Source: Mizuhopecten yessoensis (Eukaryota). From it: DNA of 64,000 nt. Of the stretch, positions 37,933 to 49,762 are shown piece by piece. A program made the position numbers and the translations under genes. The stretch covers positions 260,423 through 324,422 of the forward strand of contig NW_018408648.1 in NCBI RefSeq assembly GCF_002113885.1. The letters are read 5' to 3'. Position 1 is the first letter of the stretch, and the number at the start of each line of letters is the position of its first letter. The notes under the pieces were generated by a model that did not search any database, had not been told where the DNA came from, and saw nothing but the letters and a program-made list of their open reading frames with translations.

Positions 37933-38092
37933 AGTGTAATTCATTTTTGGCCTACTGTATATCACCCATTGCTTATGGTGTGATCACCAGTGTAAGTGTT
38001 ACGCTCGTCTTGTAATGGCGATGAAAATGTATAACAGTATTAAGATGTATGTCAATCCTTAAATACAAAAACATGAAGCACAACGTATCAAC

Positions 38093-38281
38093 TATTCCGT
38101 CTTTGCGTATTGCAGAGTTATCTTCTCTTTGGAGCAGGTATTGATTGTTACGTCACTTGTTTGTGAGAGTAACGTCATCAATTTTTGAGAAAACGACGTA
38201 ATTTTCCGCACAAACCAATGACGTAACAATCACTACCTGCTCCCAAGAGAAGATAACTCTGCAATACTCACAGACGGAATA
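38093..38281. mobile_element. ~190-bp foldback MITE
   Basis: tattccgtc..gcagagttatc..gagcaggta..attgttacgtca pairs with tgacgtaacaat..tacctgctc..gataactctgc..gacggaata. Confidence 0.85.
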
Positions 38282-40089
38282 CATTGATAATGACAGTTAC
38301 AACTAATCCACACACACCTCGTCTGGAGGCGATTATATTTATTCAGCATCAGTGTCTGATTTAACAATGTCAACAATACTAGTGTGGTGAGAGGAGTAAT
38401 GCTGACATGTTTGGTAAGTACAATGCACATAATATGCGGACAAGATAATCATATGAATGATTAAGTTGAAATGCAATTTTTTAAACAAAAGTCATAAATT
38501 GTAACATGAAACTGTCTACAATGTTTCAATAACATCCATTGGAGTACAATTCACATCGACAATTATATCTTTTTTTCTGGTTTATATTAATCCGAACAAG
38601 AAGGTTAAACAAACCCTGAATAAGTTGTAAATTGTAAATATATAAAATGTTAACAATATACGCATGTTCGAGGTTAAATTCGGTAAGCAAGTATTTTGAG
38701 AATAAATAAAAGCTGTTGCCAGTTGAAGGCGCTTTATGTATAAGTAAGACATCATTTTCTGTCAGTAATTGGCCCTATCCACCATTTAAGACGAGAGGAA
38801 AAAACGACCAATGAAATAATGTAGTTTATAGAAAATATGGACAGCCTACAAAATCTATTATTGATGAAATTTTGAATGAAAAATATTCTTAAAACATATG
38901 AAATATTTCTTATGTTCCAGAAATCTGTTTTTGATTATCACAAAACAACATGAAAAGAAAATCCTATTTTTACTACTAAAATATTGAAACTGAAATAAAA
39001 TTGAGCCGTTAAAATAATGTGGATAAAAAAGATCTAAAGCATCTTTTGGTACGCACAAGTCTTGAATAGATTGAAGACCATAACATCAATATACTTATTT
39101 ATCAAACTGGATCTTGTTTGCGATTCCATCCATCTTATTTTTGTTATCAAAACAGTGCACAATATTGACGATATTTCTTAATGTATAGTAGCTGCTGTCT
39201 TTTAAACTGTTTGGAGGTCATTGAGCCATATTTAATAATAATTATTATATACTGACATTAAAGGTTTAACTGAACCTTAAAGTAAGATATTATAATTGAA
39301 AGATGTGATGAAAATAAACATGAAACAACATAAACGTATATACAAGTATCAGGTTTAACTGATTAGAACAAACAAAAAAGCGAAAAGGAATAAAAACTTT
39401 ATGATTAAATATCAAAATATATGAAAAAAGACAAAAAAGCATATTGCAGAATATTGAATGAAGCTTTTAAGCGATAATGTTTTTATGCATTCAAATCACA
39501 GGTGACTGGACAATCAGGTTCATGTCAGTGGCCAATTAATCGTAAACTTAACGAGCAATCGTATATCATAGGTGTTTGTATGAGATATATTGTTAATTGA
39601 ATTAAAAATGTTATTGGCTAATTACAATCTGCCAGATACAGGAATAAACTTTTTCACTTATATTCTTCGGTGACCCCTGTTCATTGATCAATTTTAGACA
39701 GATTTGCAGGTTATGAGAACTGAAATCTAGTGACTCATCTGATTTCGGCTCACACCGCGGCCAGCCGCCGTATACTATCTAGGCATATTCTTTGTGCTTG
39801 GAGACATAACACATACATAAAATAGAAACATACAGAACAATCAGGAAATAATTGAAGATAATTTAGAATGTATATACCCTTTATAGGAATTTCATTAAAA
39901 CTGTGCCATTTAAGAAAAAAATGCATTTCTGTTATGATCGTATTTAACCAGCGAAATTGATATCTGTTTTGACAATAATATCATGTGGTTGTGATGATGA
40001 GAAATTTTCTGTTATCCATCAGTATTCACTGGTACTTGTGGTATATGAAGAAAAAATAGCAAAACTAGAGATCTGGGAACCCTATCTGC

Positions 40090-43000
40090 TTAACAATGAG
40101 TTTCGTCGTAACATGTCTTTGCTTCAGTGTTTTCATTGATATGCATTTCCCCTGCATAGATATCCCAAAATTGGTCAGATGTAGATGTTGTTGGTTCCAT
40201 TTGCCTGTGGTATTGTACCAGCGGTACATCACAGCCTTCCATAGAAACCTGAATGGAAACTCCGCCATCGTTTCCAGTTTCTGAACGAAATTGTTCCGAT
40301 GAGTTATCGCTGTGCGAGACTTCTTCGTTGATATCTGATGCACAATCTAACGGCTGTACTTTATCTGTGTCGATGACATTATTAGTCTGAAAATAAATAG
40401 CAATAAGTTAGATAAGAGTATGATTGTATGTTCGAAATTCATTCACCACTTGTTCACATATATTATCTTGTTTGTATAAAATTATGAACAAAATCGTTTA
40501 TATTTTAAGTGTTTAGTAATGACATACTGATTTGAAATATGTCTATACGTAATAAGTAAGTATAAATAGGTTAAGGTATATTGTTATTGAATATTGCACT
40601 ATTACTAGGCGTATTTATAACCTACTAAAACACATATCGATGTTTTTGCCTTTTAATTAAGATTTACCTGTCCGGAGTATATATGTTTTTGTCTTAAAAT
40701 GTCAAATCGACTAGCAATTTTTAACCCCAAAAGTAATACTGTATTAAGACCTTACCTAAATAAGTGTTACAATATTTATCAGGTGTATACCTCAGTAGTA
40801 TATATTCAAACATGCACTCCTTCAATTTCAGCAGATAATTGACGAAGGATTGAATATTGAACATTCTTCTTAACGTTTCGGGATGTTCTCGCATTAAATT
40901 GCCACACTAGAAACGTAAAACTTACCTTTAAACCAGAACTGTTAGATTTGATGATGAAACAGACACACACAAACACTAAGACGCTGACCGCCATTAAGAT
41001 AGGTGCAACGATCAGAGAGACAGCAGTAGGCGATATGCAATGCTTCTTTGTCGTATCAAGGACGGTATTTTCGGGGCATTGGTTTACACATTGGTTATCA
41101 TAAACAAGAAGATCGTTCGATTCATAGCATTTTGATTTCAGTATACAGGATGTATTATTGTATACCATTGACAAAGCCGTGCACTTTTTAACACACATAA
41201 AATTAAATATTTCGCTTCTGAATGGATGCGATGCCGGACATTGATGAACACAAGTGTTGTCTTCTGTATATAACATACTATCACAAACCATGACACATTT
41301 CAGTCCATCAGTAAATCTTGAAGCAGGACATTTTGTGTGGCATTCTGTATCCTTATTATTAAAGAGTTTTGTTTCTGTGAATTGGTGTGTTGCTGGGCAC
41401 TTTTCAACACATTCTTTGTTAACAAAATAGCTATCACATGTGGTCACACATTCAAAGTTCTTAATAAATTGACTGTCTAGACACGCTTTTCTACAAATCT
41501 TTCCTTTAAGAGACTGTTCAAAAAAGCTGTACTCGGGTGGACAAGAGAATGAATTAATGCATATATTATTCACGATAGCGTTATGGTTAGAACAAGAGGG
41601 CACACAAGTTGCATTTTCCTGGACATAGCGATCTATGCATGTGCTTCCACAAATGTTTGCTTTTGGTAATGGTGAAGACAAGTTCACGTCTTTTGGACAT
41701 GCTTTAGTGCACTCATTATTTACCAGAAAACGTGAATCTGATGGACACGTCTGAACACATGTGTTGTTTGATATGACATCCGGTTGTGTGCAATTAAAAA
41801 GGCATTTTCTCGTTTGTGGGTCCAGGAGTTTGTGTATGCCATCACATTTATGCACACATGTTTGACCGATTGAATACGGATTAGATTTAGGACACTTTGG
41901 TATGCATTGATCTTCAAAAACAAACCGCGGTTTAAAACACGACTCTTCGCAACGGAACAAATTCTTACGTTTTGGGTACGCATTGTACAAAAAGCGAAAC
42001 TTGTGTGATGAGGGACATCGGTGTAAACATGAACGGTTTCCATAGAAAGATGCAAGTGGCTCTGGGCATTCAATGTAGCATTTATTATCCAACTTATATG
42101 TGTTATCTGGACACCGACTGACACAGTGTTGAAGCCAAGTCCCATCTGCCTCCTCGTTGTAAATAAACATGTAAGATACCGGGCAATGTGTGACACATGT
42201 AAAGTTGTGTGACAATATTGGACAGTGATCAACACATTGATCATCCAAAGAGAACTGTTGATATTCTTTGCAACTAGACACGCATCGGAAGCCAGTTGAT
42301 GATCCTGCTTTGACAGTATAGTTAAATCTGTGTGTCATTGGACACTCATCGACACATGTTTCATTGAAGTAACTCGTAAGCAAAGGACAGGTGTCAACGC
42401 ATGTCATATTAAATTCCAGTTTTCCCGATTGTTCTCCTGTATTCTTGCAAGTGTCAACGCAATATACTGGATTCTGTCCATTTCGTTGCGTCGATGTATC
42501 GACGAAATGCAACGCATGTGTCAATGGGCATACGTGGTGACATGTTTCATTGTATATATATGCTGCTTGTCTAGGACAGATAAACACACAAGAACCGTCA
42601 AAACTGTAATAATCATTCGGACAACTCGCAAAACACCTTCGCTGAAAATTAAACCTGCTAACATCAGGACACTTTTCAACACACGTGTTATTATATGTGA
42701 ACAGATTGGATGGACAGGTGCTACGGCACGTCATATTATACAGAATAGTGCCTGGGCTTTTACCTCGCTCCTCACATGAATTGACACAGTAGTTCAAAAC
42801 AGAAAAACGATACTTTCTTGCTGTTAATGGGTGTGTTTCCGGGCACGTGTTTCGGCATTGCTCGTCGAAAAGATATTTAGCTTCTTCCGGACAGCGAAGG
42901 AGACAGGAACCGTGAAAATTCACATACGGATAATTACACCGAGGGAAACATTCCCCACGGAATAGATAATGTTTAGAAGGGCATGCGTCAACACATTCGT

Positions 43001-46000
43001 CCTTTAACACTTTATATCCAGAGGGGCAACTTCCCATGCATGTCATATTGAACATATATCTAGCATTAATTGGACAACTTTGTAGGCAGGATGTATCGTT
43101 AAATATAAAGGAATTTGTTGGACAAGCCGAAACGCATATCTGTTGATAAGTATATTTATGTTTTTCTGGACATTCTTTAACGCAAGTCCGATTAAAGATG
43201 TTCATTTCCGTAATACATCTGTGAACACATACAGTGCCATCTGTATAAGTTTGGTCAGGGCAGTAGGGTAGACACACAGGAGTTTTGTACGGGGGCAACC
43301 GCCTCGACAGGACATAGACAAAGGGCACATAATCTGGGCATTTTTGAACACATGACATATTCCAAAGAAAACTCAATTCTCTAGGGCATTGAATCTGACA
43401 TTTACTTTCGTTGATATTTGTAAACATTGGGCATCTGTCCAAACAAAGGCTTGTATTCCAAACAGTAAATTCGTACTTGTTTTTCGGCAGGCAGGAATCT
43501 ATGCAAGTCGCACTGGTTCTATACTTGCCTTGGGGGCATGTTTTAGTGCATTCAGATTCTGAAAGAACATATCCTGTAGAACAATTTGCAACGCACTTAT
43601 TAGCTTCGATGAAAGGATACTCTTTAGGGCAATCTTCTACACACGTGTTGTTGAAAATGTATGGGCTTAATTTTGAGCAGGTATAAACACAGGAAAAGTC
43701 TTCAATCACAGTTCCCAATGGACAAGTAGTGTGGCATTGGTAGTTAACGCAAAACGGCCTCACATTTGGACAAAACCCTTTCTGACAAAGCAAATTTGCT
43801 CCAGCATTTTGGCGTTCAGATGATGCAGTTGTTTGAACTGTTTTCGAACAAACCCCAAACTTCGTTGCTTCATAACCATTCGGACAAAAGGTTAGACACA
43901 AATTTTCGAATAAAAATGGTGCGAATTCCGGACATTTCCTCGTGCAATTTGAGGCGAACTCAATTTGGAAGTCATTCGATGGACATTCTACTATAGTTTG
44001 ACCGTTGTAATGAAAAAACATGCTGTCTGCTGACTCATCCAGGTTTTGCTGTGGAAATTCAAAAAAACATGTGTTATTTTGAGTTAAAAAATGGTTTTTC
44101 GACTCATCAACAGTCAACAATTGAAATGTTGATGTCTAAAACGTTCGATCAGGGCATCTATGTGCTACGCAAATAGTGCTGAGGTATTGCGGAATACTGA
44201 TATTCTTAAATGCATTTTCATACTTGATGTTTGGATAAACTTTGATCAATGTGTGCCTAAATGAAGTTGCTAGAGCGATGCCACTGAATTATTTTGACAA
44301 ACAGTACTTGACCGTTGTGTACACATTCTGATTGAAATACGATACGAAGTGAAGTCGCGAGAGCTATGAAACTGAATATCGGAGACATCAAAATATAATC
44401 AATCGCCACTACATAAGGTAATTTTCTGATCTCAAACTCGATGCAAAAAGGAACCTGTTAGATTTTGGGATACAACTTTCTCCCAACACCTGTAATTATA
44501 TTAAGGCGAATGGCTAGGGAGACACTGTCGAACACATGTTGATTTGCAGGGACCCAGGTCAATCACCTATTATGATAGCATACAGTGGAATGCAATAAGC
44601 CTATTCTTTCTTCGAACCTGCACAGGCTGTCAGAAAAGGAAAAGAAATCTAGACAAACAGAAAAATACCATGAGCCCTCAATAACACCGAATTGTCCTTC
44701 TGTATTACAGTCTTTCCGAAAAGAGATAAATAATAAGGATATGGGCTTACTTCGTTTATATTTGTTTCCAAACTTCGAAAGGATTGCCAGTTCTACTAGT
44801 TGCTGAACCAAGCTTTTTTCAAAATTTACTGCCATTTTTTGTACAAACACTCAGGGTTACAGACTATTTGTTACACTGTATAATAAAGAAGTGGATGAGT
44901 GTGAAGAGATTTAACGTTTGTTTCATTAATAATTAAAAAACAGGAGAATAACAAATGACAAAAAAAACTATAAATCGAAATCGAAATTGATAAAACTAAG
45001 GGATAATATGAACAAAGAACAAATTTACACTGCAGACAATGAAAAGTACAAGGAAAAGGAAACCTGGTGTTCATTAAAGATATTTGTCTTTTGCTTCATT
45101 GATGACACCCGCTTTGTAAATCTACGTCAGGAACAACTAATGGCATGTCCTCAAATTAAAAAATCGGGTAGTGAAAACAAAATGCAATATAATCAAAAGC
45201 ATCGACATTCATCGAGCTTGCTCTGAATATCAAAACTTCCGTGATTGATGTCGACTGCTGCAAACGAACAATACAGGGTTTTAAAAGATGCAGGTTGAAG
45301 AAGACTATGAGCATGTTTTATGTTCATCATTGTTGATTTCTACGAGAGTATTTCTTTGGATGCTCTGAAGGTCGACGTTTCTGATTCTTTCCTTATAGAT
45401 AAGTAAAATCTTTGTATTCCTCGTATTTATTATGCTAACTAGAGTACTTTAGAGTGTTTTTTTCATTGTGAATTACCCGGTTCTCGCTTAGAAGAGTAAC
45501 TTAAGTTAAATTTGGCATAGATTTACATGACGAGTGTCGTCGATGAAGCAGAGGACGCTTACCCTTCCGGAACACCTGATCTTAATCTCCTTTGACACTT
45601 CAACATTCTCTTGTTGGTTTATTGGTAAAAGTTTCAGCAACTCCTGATATTGATCCAATACCTAATATCATCATCTCATGTTCTCAAATAAATATAATAG
45701 CTGTATTTATACTACTAAACGGACTGTTTTAAATAGATTATTGTCTGTTTTATAGATAGATTTTACAAAATTTTTGTTCATGATCTCCATATGGTTATCT
45801 TGGCAGGTAGCAGTAAACCTATAAGAGTTTTCTATCATTACGGGAAACGAAAGTGCGGATCGTTTTACACAGGACGACGCTTGAGTCAACTTTTCACGAC
45901 CTACTGTGTGGGGAATGCATGTGCCATTGTCTGTGACGTTACATTCAAATCAGGTGACACTTTCGAAAAGGTGCCGTTAGAAGCATTGTCGCATCGTAAT

Positions 46001-47075
46001 ATAGATCACAAATTTGTCTTTAGCATACCCGCGTATATGTAGAGGTATTAAGCACGGTGGCATATTACTAGTAGTAAGTTAAGACAGTTTCTGCCAAATC
46101 CTCAGATGGTATTCATTTTAGGAATGGTATTATTTTGTATTGTATAACGCCCTCGATTGGCTTGTTATAGCCGGAAAGTGCGCTATATCGGATGTCGTGT
46201 TATATAGGTTTCCTTATTGACTATTTATAATGAAAAGTTCCTTGACGTTTCGATGACAAGTACGATATGTACACTGTCACCTTCATCAGGTAAATGACCA
46301 GTGAAGCGTATGCAGTGTAAAATATGAACGAGTTGTCGACAAAATCGAAGTCGATTTCGGCTACGCTGTAAGCGTATGTACACTAGTTGTTATATATGTA
46401 TCAAAATGACTCGATCCAGCTACGCTTATACTTACCAATCTGAAGAAAATGTTTAGAAATATCCTTATTGACTAGTCTGTACAAATACAGTGGTATGAAT
46501 TAAAACAGAAAAAAATATTTATATATATATATATACATACAAGTGCGTCACTTCAGTATCCATGGACAAAAATCAAACTCGCAGTCGTGTCATGATTCAA
46601 AACCCTTATGCGCAAATATATATGTGTATACACGGAACAATTCAAAACCTTTAAATAAAACCGATCACATGCCTCATTGAAATGCAGCGGTGCAGCTGTA
46701 TTGTCTTCAACAATACGTTGTCGGTCGTCACAACACACAAGAGTGAGCCCACTTCATAAATATACACATTATAGCAGCTTTTCAGAATGTGTGACGGAAG
46801 TATTGTTACAATTAAAGGAATAGTGGCTGGATGACACATTCAAAGGTAAGCACGTTGCCGCATATTAATAATTCACAATAGATAAACAACCGCTACTATG
46901 TGTATTTATTTTGAATAAATCAATCATATACACATATCAATATTTATTACTTGTATAAATAATGTTTATATTCCAAAGAAACAAATGGTATCTGTTATAA
47001 TTGACTTCTTACCTGTGTAACTAGGAACGAAGCTATAAAAACAAACACACAGAGCTGATGTCTATCCATGATCAT
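40090..47075 (-). CDS. Cys-rich furin-like-repeat type I transmembrane protein (PCSK5-CRD-like, no protease domain)
   Basis: Exon 1 47075/47069-47013 encodes signal peptide MIMDRHQLCVFVFIASFLVTQ (donor gtaaga). Exon 2 44135 (or ancestrally 44489)-40926 has dozens of CxxxCP repeats and TM AVSLIVAPILMAVSVLVFVCVCFII (donor gtaagt). Exon 3 40386-40090 is an open acidic tail TNNVIDTDKV...CYDETHC*. All junctions are phase 0. Confidence 0.8.
40926..44135 (-). CDS. Main exon of Cys-rich membrane protein (ectodomain + TM)
   Basis: 1104-aa ORF in the track. The part after ...SSGLK is read-through of the donor at 40925. Confidence 0.88.
45515..45590. mobile_element. Possible Penelope-like element remnant
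   Basis: gcagaggacgcttacccttccggaacacctgatc resembles, from memory only, a motif common in bivalve PLE-related repeats. A hammerhead motif lies ~650 bp away. Confidence 0.35.
46238..46294 (-). ncRNA. Minimal hammerhead-like motif (Penelope type)
   Basis: Minus strand: c CUGAUGA a GGUGACA-guguac auauc guac u-UGUCAUC GAAACGUC aagg. Core is intact, stem II is long, stem III is palindromic ACGU, stem I is poor. Confidence 0.55.
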
Positions 47076-47681
47076 AACTGTTCGTCATATAGCATACGGT
47101 GTTGAATAGCACATTGCAAAACTTCCTGTTTCTAAATATATCGCTTTGTCCATGCAGTCACGCACCCAAGGTTGCTTAGCTTCCTTTGTATATTATAATC
47201 AATTTACGAATCGAATAGGGGATCTTTTAAAACGACATCTCAAACTCAAGTTTTCGCTAGATTGTAGGTTGAGTATAAGAAAAATAACTTATCGACAATG
47301 TTTTGTTCAACAGTTCTCCATACTATGCAGGGGAGATAAGAAGAGATTTTATTCTCGACACTTACCCAAGATTTTGCCGTGGCTCAGGCACTCTGAGATT
47401 TCTCTGTTACTGCCTCAAGGTAGGTGGCAATTATGTTTCTCCCATCTATTAGTCACACAACTCCATGGACAGTAGCTTTAAAAAAGCATGACAGAATATA
47501 AATAATAAAAACTAATACACATTTATTAATTCATCACTTGCAAAATAACGAATAAATCAATATTGGATCTACACAGGCATTCCTACAGTAACCATTTGTT
47601 TAGCTAACAGATTTCCCTGTCTAATTTTCAGCTTATTTTGATATTATAAAGAGGTTTGTCGACAAATGAAAGAGTTAATAG

Positions 47682-48560
47682 CACAAGAGGCCTAGGGGAC
47701 TTAACGTTTACCTCAGTGAGATTGACAAAGCAAAACTCGTGAGAGCGATACATCAGGTTGTAATCTTTTGTAAAGCTAAACCACACAGACAAATTAATTC
47801 TTCATACGACACACAGATAGTTCACTTAAACGAAAAATACACTAGAAAAAGTATATAAAACTACAAAGTTATGAGGTTTTAACATATTTCAAAATACACG
47901 TGTATCAGCACGGTAGGATATATCACGTTGGTTTCCCTTTCGGTATTAAAAGATTCGTGTGACTATTGCTACTACTACTGTCATCGAGAAATTAACTTCG
48001 TTTCCATGAACTTGATAAAACAAACACCATTGTAGCATAAGCTGAATGTTAAACCAATATGAAAAAGCATAGTCGCTTGTACATACAAGCGGTCGAAAGT
48101 ATGAACGGGATGGCAACATAAACAAAGTAGCGTAATATCGACGTTAAAAGAAAGCATAAATGAATAAAATAGTTGTTTGTAAAATGTTTGAAACCTCTAA
48201 CTCATAATATTTGGCTGAAATTGTGTGTCTGTTCAAAACATGGAGCTGCTATTTTACCTTGACTTCCGGAAGCGATGACATTGCTGAATGCAATTGATTA
48301 AATTGAGAAGGTGTGTTTTGAAGATTTTGCACACAGTTCCCCCTTATGGCCCCAATCCTCAGGCACCTAAGGCGTCAGCCCCTTCTCGAGTATAAATTCT
48401 GATCTTCATCATCTAAGGATCATTTCATGAAATGTTGCTCAAAATGCACTGGTAAGTTTCAGAGATGTTTTTTGAAGATTCTGCACTCAATGACCCTGTA
48501 TAGCCCCACAACTCAGCCCCCAGTGGTGTCAGCCCTATCTTGAGTACACCTTTATTTCGT
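47682..48560. mobile_element. Degenerate HINE-like element
   Basis: Starts acaagaggcctagggga..tttacct; two diverged internal units (tttgaagatt..cccc..gtcagccc). Confidence 0.45.
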
Positions 48561-49105
48561 CAGAAATTGAAAGGCAAACAATTGGTAACCTCACAATATA
48601 TTGCATGTTGTTCTTTGGTCTGGTTGAAGCATTATACGTGTCACTAAGAGAAAAGAAAAACTGCTGTGTTAACCAGGAATTGATTTTTGGATCATTGTTA
48701 GTAATCATAAACAAAAGAGAAAGAAAAGAGAAAAGAATAGGAAAGAAAAAACATATACATCTATCTGTCCCTGCTGGTCGTCGAGCCTTTTACCTTTATA
48801 TTTCGAGTTACATGTCGTGTTTAGTACCCAATATTCGACAATAAATGAGCGCTTTAAGGTTTTCATTGACACTATTCTAGCACAGGAAGTCGTGATTCCT
48901 TGTCATCTCTGTCTTCCCACAAGATAATATAGTAAACAAACAAAAACAAATAGCGATATATAATACAAATTGTCATATGCCGCTTCAAACCACAAAATAC
49001 ATAAAACTCAGTAACAACCGTACTAACGGCTTCTTCTTACTCTGTACTACCCCGAATACTGCTCCGAACTGGCCTGATCCTCTTATGAGATCATACCGCA
49101 GCTTT

Positions 49106-49221
49106 AAAGTGAAACTTTATAGTTTCACCTTGCTTTAAGCTCGCAGATAGAGTAATAAAAGTACACACTATGTATTATTTTAACATGATTTCAGATAGTT
49201 TATTGGATATGGCTATATAAA
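49106..49221 (+). promoter_or_regulatory. Putative promoter of the TIR gene: inverted IRF-like pair, CCAAT and TATA
   Basis: AAAGTGAAACT-ttat-AGTTTCAC (49106-49128), ATTGG at 49202, TATATAAA at 49214-49221. A downstream donor G|GTGAGT at 49359 implies a non-coding first exon. Confidence 0.5.
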
Positions 49222-49762
49222 CGACAGATTTTTTTTAATAAACTGGCGAATTGGTCCATTTGAGTGACAAAAATTCACTTGATCATCAAAAAATATCAGC
49301 AATTTTTTGTTTAATATTATGATACTGTAGTAAACAATATTCTTCTACATACATTTCTGGTGAGTTTTTTAACCGCTATGTCAGACAAAAATAAGATTTT
49401 ACTACAGAAAACATTTCAGCTGACTTTGATCCACACCATCCGGATTACTGCGTGCCGCTTGTATCGGGGTACCGAAACAAATTCTTCGTCAGTCAATCAT
49501 TTAATTTTTAATGTCTAGAGTGAATATCATTCGAACCTATAGATGGGTTGTGTTTGGAATCATCGATGGGTTTTTTCAAGATGGACATAAGTTATAGATG
49601 TTGAAAGACAATGGTTAAGTTGCCATATAAAATCAAATACATCATCTTAAGTTAATTAAAACATAAGGCAAATTTACATCAGAATACCAGTTTTATAAAC
49701 AAAATACAATGCAACTCAATTAGTAATCTCTTGTTCTAAAGGTAATAACTTGTATAAGGAAT

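Noticed and set aside
40806-40925. C-terminal 39 aa of the 1104-aa ORF
   Set aside because: Lies past a consensus donor (AAG|GTAAGT), and a good phase-0 terminal exon exists at 40386-40090.
40806-44120. Calling the Cys-rich protein PCSK5 or furin
   Set aside because: No peptidase S8 or P domain is found upstream; only the Cys-rich repeat type is shared.
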